A DNA stretch of 64,000 nt from Candidatus Heimdallarchaeota archaeon (GTDB lineage Archaea; Asgardarchaeota; Heimdallarchaeia; JABLTI01): assembly GCA_018238155.1 (NCBI GenBank), contig JABCTZ010000011.1, positions 32,001-96,000 on the forward strand. Direction: 5' to 3'. Below the pieces are notes generated by a model. It was not told the DNA's origin. It ran no database searches and worked only from the letters and a program-made list of their open reading frames with translations. Each line of letters begins with the position of its first letter. Position 1 is the first letter of the stretch. Position numbers and translations under genes: made by a program. Positions 59,830 through 64,000 of the stretch are shown in pieces.

Positions 59830-61212
59830 ATGTCTAACGAAAACTCATTTGATAGCACCCGCGGGATTATCTGCGATTTACATTGTCATTCTTCGTATGC
59901 TGGTGGCACTGGTAGTTTAGATTTACGTACTGCAGTAGAAAACATGCCAATGAAAGGCGTGCAATTAGTTGGTACAGGTGATTGTCTTTTTCAGCCATGG
60001 TTGAAAACTCTGAAAGAACAATTACATGATCCTGCTGAAACTGGTATTTTCGAATTGAAAGATGCTTCAGAGCAAGACAGAGCTACTAAATTTGTTCTCC
60101 AAACTGAATTAGCTTTTACTGCTCCTATCGGAGTAAATAGGAAAGTAGTTCATTGTGTTTTTCTCTGGCCAAGTTTTGATGTAGTTGATGAAGCAATTCA
60201 AGTGATAGAAAAAATGGGCGTAAAGAATTCTATGGGTCGTCCTTTTGTTACCAATAATTCTATCGAGGAAGTTGGCTCGAAAATTAATACCATGTTGGAC
60301 ATCGATCCGTTAGTAGAATTTTTCCCAGCACATATTTTAGTTCCTTTAGGGATTTATGGTCCAAAACCTTCCATAACACGTATGTCCGATTATTTTGGTG
60401 ATGCTGCAGAGCGAATCCATGCTTTTGAAACCGGATTAAGCGCCGATCCAACAATTACTGCTCTGATACCCGAATTAGATAAGCTTACTTTACTTTCAAA
60501 TAGTGATGCGCACTCTGCAGCTCTAAATCGCCTTGGAAGAGAATTAACGAGTTTAGATATGAAAAAAATGACTTTTGCAGAATTAATTGATACTATTAGA
60601 AACAATCGAGTTTGTTATACAGCTGAATTTCATCCTTCTGAAGGACGTTATTTCCTAACAGGACATAGAGCGGGTGTAAACAACCACAAGGCTGACGAGT
60701 ACTGTGTATTTTCTCCTGATACTGCACCCAAGGATATGATATGCCCGATTTGTGATTTAAGTTTGAAACCAGGCGTTCTTCAGAGAGCAATGGAATTAGC
60801 AAAAGCACAAGGCAGTGAAAGGGTCTATGGTACGATGTATGGTCCAAAAAGAAACTTTTACCGAATGGTTCCACTTGTAGAAATTATTGCAAATGGTATT
60901 GGAATCAAGAGCCCAAACACAAAAAGTGTAAGAAAAATTTACGAATTAATAATTGGAGCTATAGGCAATGAATGCAAATTATGGACCACTCCTCTTGCTG
61001 AACTAGAAGAGCTTCTCCAAAAATTAGTTGCTGAAAAAATAGCTAATGCAATCATTCAAGTGCGTCAAGGGAATTTTTGCTTCGCCCCACCAGGATTCGA
61101 TGGCAGCTATGGAGAACTAACTGTTGGAGCAACATCAGATTATTATGGAATTAAGATCATCAAAGGAGAAATAAAAAACAAAAAACAAAGAATCTTAGAT
61201 GATTTTAGCTAG
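59830..61212 (+). CDS. Endonuclease Q family PHP-domain protein
   Basis: DLHCHS, GTGD, PAH, ETGLSAD, SNSDAHS, LGRE, EGRY..GHR, GFDGSYG. Confidence 0.92.
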   Translation: MSNENSFDSTRGIICDLHCHSSYAGGTGSLDLRTAVENMPMKGVQLVGTGDCLFQPWLKTLKEQLHDPAETGIFELKDASEQDRATKFVLQTELAFTAPIGVNRKVVHCVFLWPSFDVVDEAIQVIEKMGVKNSMGRPFVTNNSIEEVGSKINTMLDIDPLVEFFPAHILVPLGIYGPKPSITRMSDYFGDAAERIHAFETGLSADPTITALIPELDKLTLLSNSDAHSAALNRLGRELTSLDMKKMTFAELIDTIRNNRVCYTAEFHPSEGRYFLTGHRAGVNNHKADEYCVFSPDTAPKDMICPICDLSLKPGVLQRAMELAKAQGSERVYGTMYGPKRNFYRMVPLVEIIANGIGIKSPNTKSVRKIYELIIGAIGNECKLWTTPLAELEELLQKLVAEKIANAIIQVRQGNFCFAPPGFDGSYGELTVGATSDYYGIKIIKGEIKNKKQRILDDFS

Positions 61213-62579
61213 TGAATATTTTTACTTATCTTAGCTAAAATATTTGGTAATCGTAATAGATATCTCTCTGCTGCTGAGTTAGTTGAATCTAGTGCTACAA
61301 AAAGAACTGACTTTTCTTTAATCTTCAATATAAGAATTTCTTTTCCACCCATCGCTAATTTCACAAATTCATTTGGTTTTTTTGTTGCAGTAAGGTTTAG
61401 TAATTTATTTATCTGTAGTCCTAAAACAGATTGCATCCAATCATTGATATCTGAAGTTCTCCTGCTTACAAAGAATTTACTTTCCGGACAAATTACTCCA
61501 ACTAAGAAAATCTCTTTGTAAATATCCATCAAAGTATAGAGTTGATCTTCTTCTTTCTTCCATTTATTATCGTCATCACCAAATGATATTTTAGATGTTT
61601 GACGTTCTAGTTCACTTTTCTCGGATTCATTTTCTCCTTTAATTTCCCTCATTTCCATTGAAAGTTGACCAAGAATCTCATGTTCAGATGTGGTCTCCAA
61701 ATTTTGAAGAATCTTTATTCCAGAAGTATCCCGTCGTAAACCTTCACATCTATTCATCAATTTTGTAATAGTATTGGTTAACTTCTTTTCATTCGCTAGT
61801 CCTTTGATTACTTCAAAAACACAATAATAGTTGTCACTTTCACGGATAATAAAACGATAACTTTGAGTACTAACTTCTTCCAGAGTGCCTGGATCAAGAT
61901 TTTTCATCGATTTCTTAATGCCAATAATAAAATTAGAAAGTGTTTGGATATTGAAAATTGACTCTCCTCGATAAAATTCCGAATGAATCATTTGGTCGCT
62001 CTCTTTTGAAATGATAAATAACCCATCCACTCCTGCAAGTTTATCGACAATGTATTTGATATCTCTACTCTTTTTAATATCTGATTCGAGTTTCTTATGA
62101 GCGTCAATATATCGTGCTTCTTTGGTGCGGAGCTTTACTAATCTACGACCAAATTTCTCATATTCAGGTGTTTCAGTTAAATTTGAAATTAATAATGCGT
62201 TATCAATATCTGAATTACTTGCTCCCTCAAACCGAGAGATAATTTTCATAATAAAGGAATCGTAATTTTCTGTACTATTCTTTGTTTTTTCTATCCAAAT
62301 AACATAAAAGAATTTTTCACGTAATTCAAAAATAAAGCTGGAATTTGAAGTGACAATTGTTTTAATTTTCTCTGCACTAATAATTTCTGAGAGTGCTTGT
62401 AGACTTGAGAGAAGACCTGCTAGAAGGATTACATCTATTTTTTCTTCGGTTAAAAATTCGACATATTTTGGCAGCCCTGATTCTTCAATAACAACAAAAC
62501 CTCTAACAGAATTATAAAATTCCTCTGCTAATTGTGTATCTTCTGTTTCTTGAGAAGTCAAGATAACTTTTACCCCCAA
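61209..62579 (-). CDS. Multi-longin/roadblock repeat protein
   Basis: Internal duplication IISRFEG..SNLTETPEYEKFG / LMNRCEG..QNLETTSEHEILG; LLAGLLSSL longin motif. Confidence 0.7.
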   Translation of the reverse strand: MGVKVILTSQETEDTQLAEEFYNSVRGFVVIEESGLPKYVEFLTEEKIDVILLAGLLSSLQALSEIISAEKIKTIVTSNSSFIFELREKFFYVIWIEKTKNSTENYDSFIMKIISRFEGASNSDIDNALLISNLTETPEYEKFGRRLVKLRTKEARYIDAHKKLESDIKKSRDIKYIVDKLAGVDGLFIISKESDQMIHSEFYRGESIFNIQTLSNFIIGIKKSMKNLDPGTLEEVSTQSYRFIIRESDNYYCVFEVIKGLANEKKLTNTITKLMNRCEGLRRDTSGIKILQNLETTSEHEILGQLSMEMREIKGENESEKSELERQTSKISFGDDDNKWKKEEDQLYTLMDIYKEIFLVGVICPESKFFVSRRTSDINDWMQSVLGLQINKLLNLTATKKPNEFVKLAMGGKEILILKIKEKSVLFVALDSTNSAAERYLLRLPNILAKISKNIH

Positions 62580-62790
62580 ATGATTCGTTGTAAATATTGA
62601 GTTGTAAAGACTTTTCTAACCAATACACCTTCAGTAGTCGATATTAAAAACTCAACCTTTGAGGCAAAAACTAGTGAAATGTTAGATTTAATTTTGATTA
62701 ATTTTCAATCAAAAAGAAAAAGCTTCATCATATTTATTAATTGAAATCTATTTCAATGTTACATGAACGGTATAAAGGACTATTTTTAAA

Positions 62791-63927
62791 ATGACCGGTA
62801 AAATTGACATCACCGAATTGCTGAAAAAGTGTGTCCAATGTGGTTCATGCATATTAATCTGCCCAATTTATAGAGCAACTGGCCAAGAGGTTTTTTCACC
62901 TCGAGGAAAGCTATACTATTTGAAATTAAAAGATGCCTTACCAGAGAAATTCGATGATGGAGAGTTAGCCAAGGATTATGCTTCCACTATTTTCACCTGT
63001 GCTTTTTGCGGACGCTGTGTTGAAACTTGTTCCTCCGAAGTAAAGTTAACAGATATCTTTAGGGAACAAAGAAAGGATACTGTAAAGCTCTTTCCTAAAT
63101 TAATGCAAATTGAAGAAAATATTAACGATGAAATGAATGTTTATGGGCTAGACAATGAAATGAGGTCAGAATCTTGGACTATGGAGCTCGAAGATGATTT
63201 CCCTGATATAGAGGATAAAATCTATAGTAAAGGTAAAACATCTGATATAGTCTTTTTCGTTGGTTGTTTAATGTCATTTAGAAGTAGACATACAAACGTA
63301 TTGAAATCCATTTTCAAAGTAATGAAGTATATAGATGAAGATTATCTTGTTCTTGGAGGAGAAGAATTCTGTTGTGGGCATCCACTTGATCTTCTTGGAA
63401 AAGTAGAGGAAGCAGATGAATTGAGGGCACACAACACAGAGGTCTTCAACAAAATAAAAGCAAAAACGATTGTTACAGATTGTCCTGGTTGTTTAGAAGC
63501 TTTAAGAGATCATCATAAAATCGATTCTTCTGTGAGAATTTTACATTTAACGGAATATTTTGATGAGAAAATCGATTCAGTTCCCAAGAAATTGAACATC
63601 AAACTCAAATATCATGATCCATGTGAATTATTTAGAAATAACAAAGTAATTCAAGCGCCTAGGAATTTAATGAAAAAGATAGGCATTGAAGTAATTGAAA
63701 TGGAACCATCTTGTTGTGGAGGTGGAGGAATGTTACGTGTTACAAATAATGAAATAGCACAAGATATTATTGATCAAAGGATAGTCAAAGAGAAACTCAA
63801 AGAGGAAGATATTTGTGTTGTGACTTGTTGTCCTTCCTGCCTCGAGCAATTTGAACAAAGTGGCATAACAACGTGGGACATCGTAGAACATCTTGCCCAA
63901 GCGATTTCAACTGAGGAGGAGAAATAA
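62791..63927 (+). CDS. HdrD/GlcF-like Fe-S oxidoreductase with two CCG domains
   Basis: CVQCGSC...CP, CAFCGRC...C, CCG twice, YHDPC. Confidence 0.94.
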   Translation: MTGKIDITELLKKCVQCGSCILICPIYRATGQEVFSPRGKLYYLKLKDALPEKFDDGELAKDYASTIFTCAFCGRCVETCSSEVKLTDIFREQRKDTVKLFPKLMQIEENINDEMNVYGLDNEMRSESWTMELEDDFPDIEDKIYSKGKTSDIVFFVGCLMSFRSRHTNVLKSIFKVMKYIDEDYLVLGGEEFCCGHPLDLLGKVEEADELRAHNTEVFNKIKAKTIVTDCPGCLEALRDHHKIDSSVRILHLTEYFDEKIDSVPKKLNIKLKYHDPCELFRNNKVIQAPRNLMKKIGIEVIEMEPSCCGGGGMLRVTNNEIAQDIIDQRIVKEKLKEEDICVVTCCPSCLEQFEQSGITTWDIVEHLAQAISTEEEK

Positions 63928-63928
63928 A

Positions 63929-64000
63929 ATGGAAAAATTACGTCGAATAATTATCGGTTCAAATGCATCTATTTTTCAGAAGATTGATCCCGATTCAAAC
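63929..64000 (+). CDS. Partial CDS running off the window
   Basis: ATG 1 bp after the previous stop, with GGAGG upstream. Confidence 0.6.
   Translation, partial: MEKLRRIIIGSNASIFQKIDPDSN

Overview
Low-GC archaeal DNA, almost certainly from an Asgard archaeon. It has archaeal core genes (pcn, GINS, csl4, rpoL, TFS, eS27, AlaX, EndoQ) plus many eukaryotic-signature proteins (roadblock/LC7, longin, Rab-, Rag- and MglA-like GTPases, DENN-like, gelsolin-like). Four tRNA genes are present: Arg-TCG, Arg-CCG, Lys-TTT with two non-canonical introns, and Ala-TGC with a canonical intron. There are two accessory regions. (1) A ~7.8 kb AT-rich island between two convergent tRNA-Arg genes (NYN nuclease, HD-domain protein, HEXXH protein). 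(2) A ~25 kb element at the 3' end of tRNA-Ala with no recognisable recombinase, transposase or PolB. Instead it carries an operon with a highly divergent Cas1-fold protein, a DEAH helicase, a metallophosphoesterase and HTH/Zn proteins. Beside the operon lie kilobase-sized cargo blocks (UvrD-nuclease, MmeI-type RM, secreted proteins, gene fragments) separated by three copies of a ~45-50 bp tRNA-Ala-derived repeat that decay in polar order. My best candidate for a new system is a Cas1-driven, CRISPR/integron-like gene-capture array that uses a tRNA 3' end as its repeat. All family calls come from motif recognition by eye; no database searches were run.
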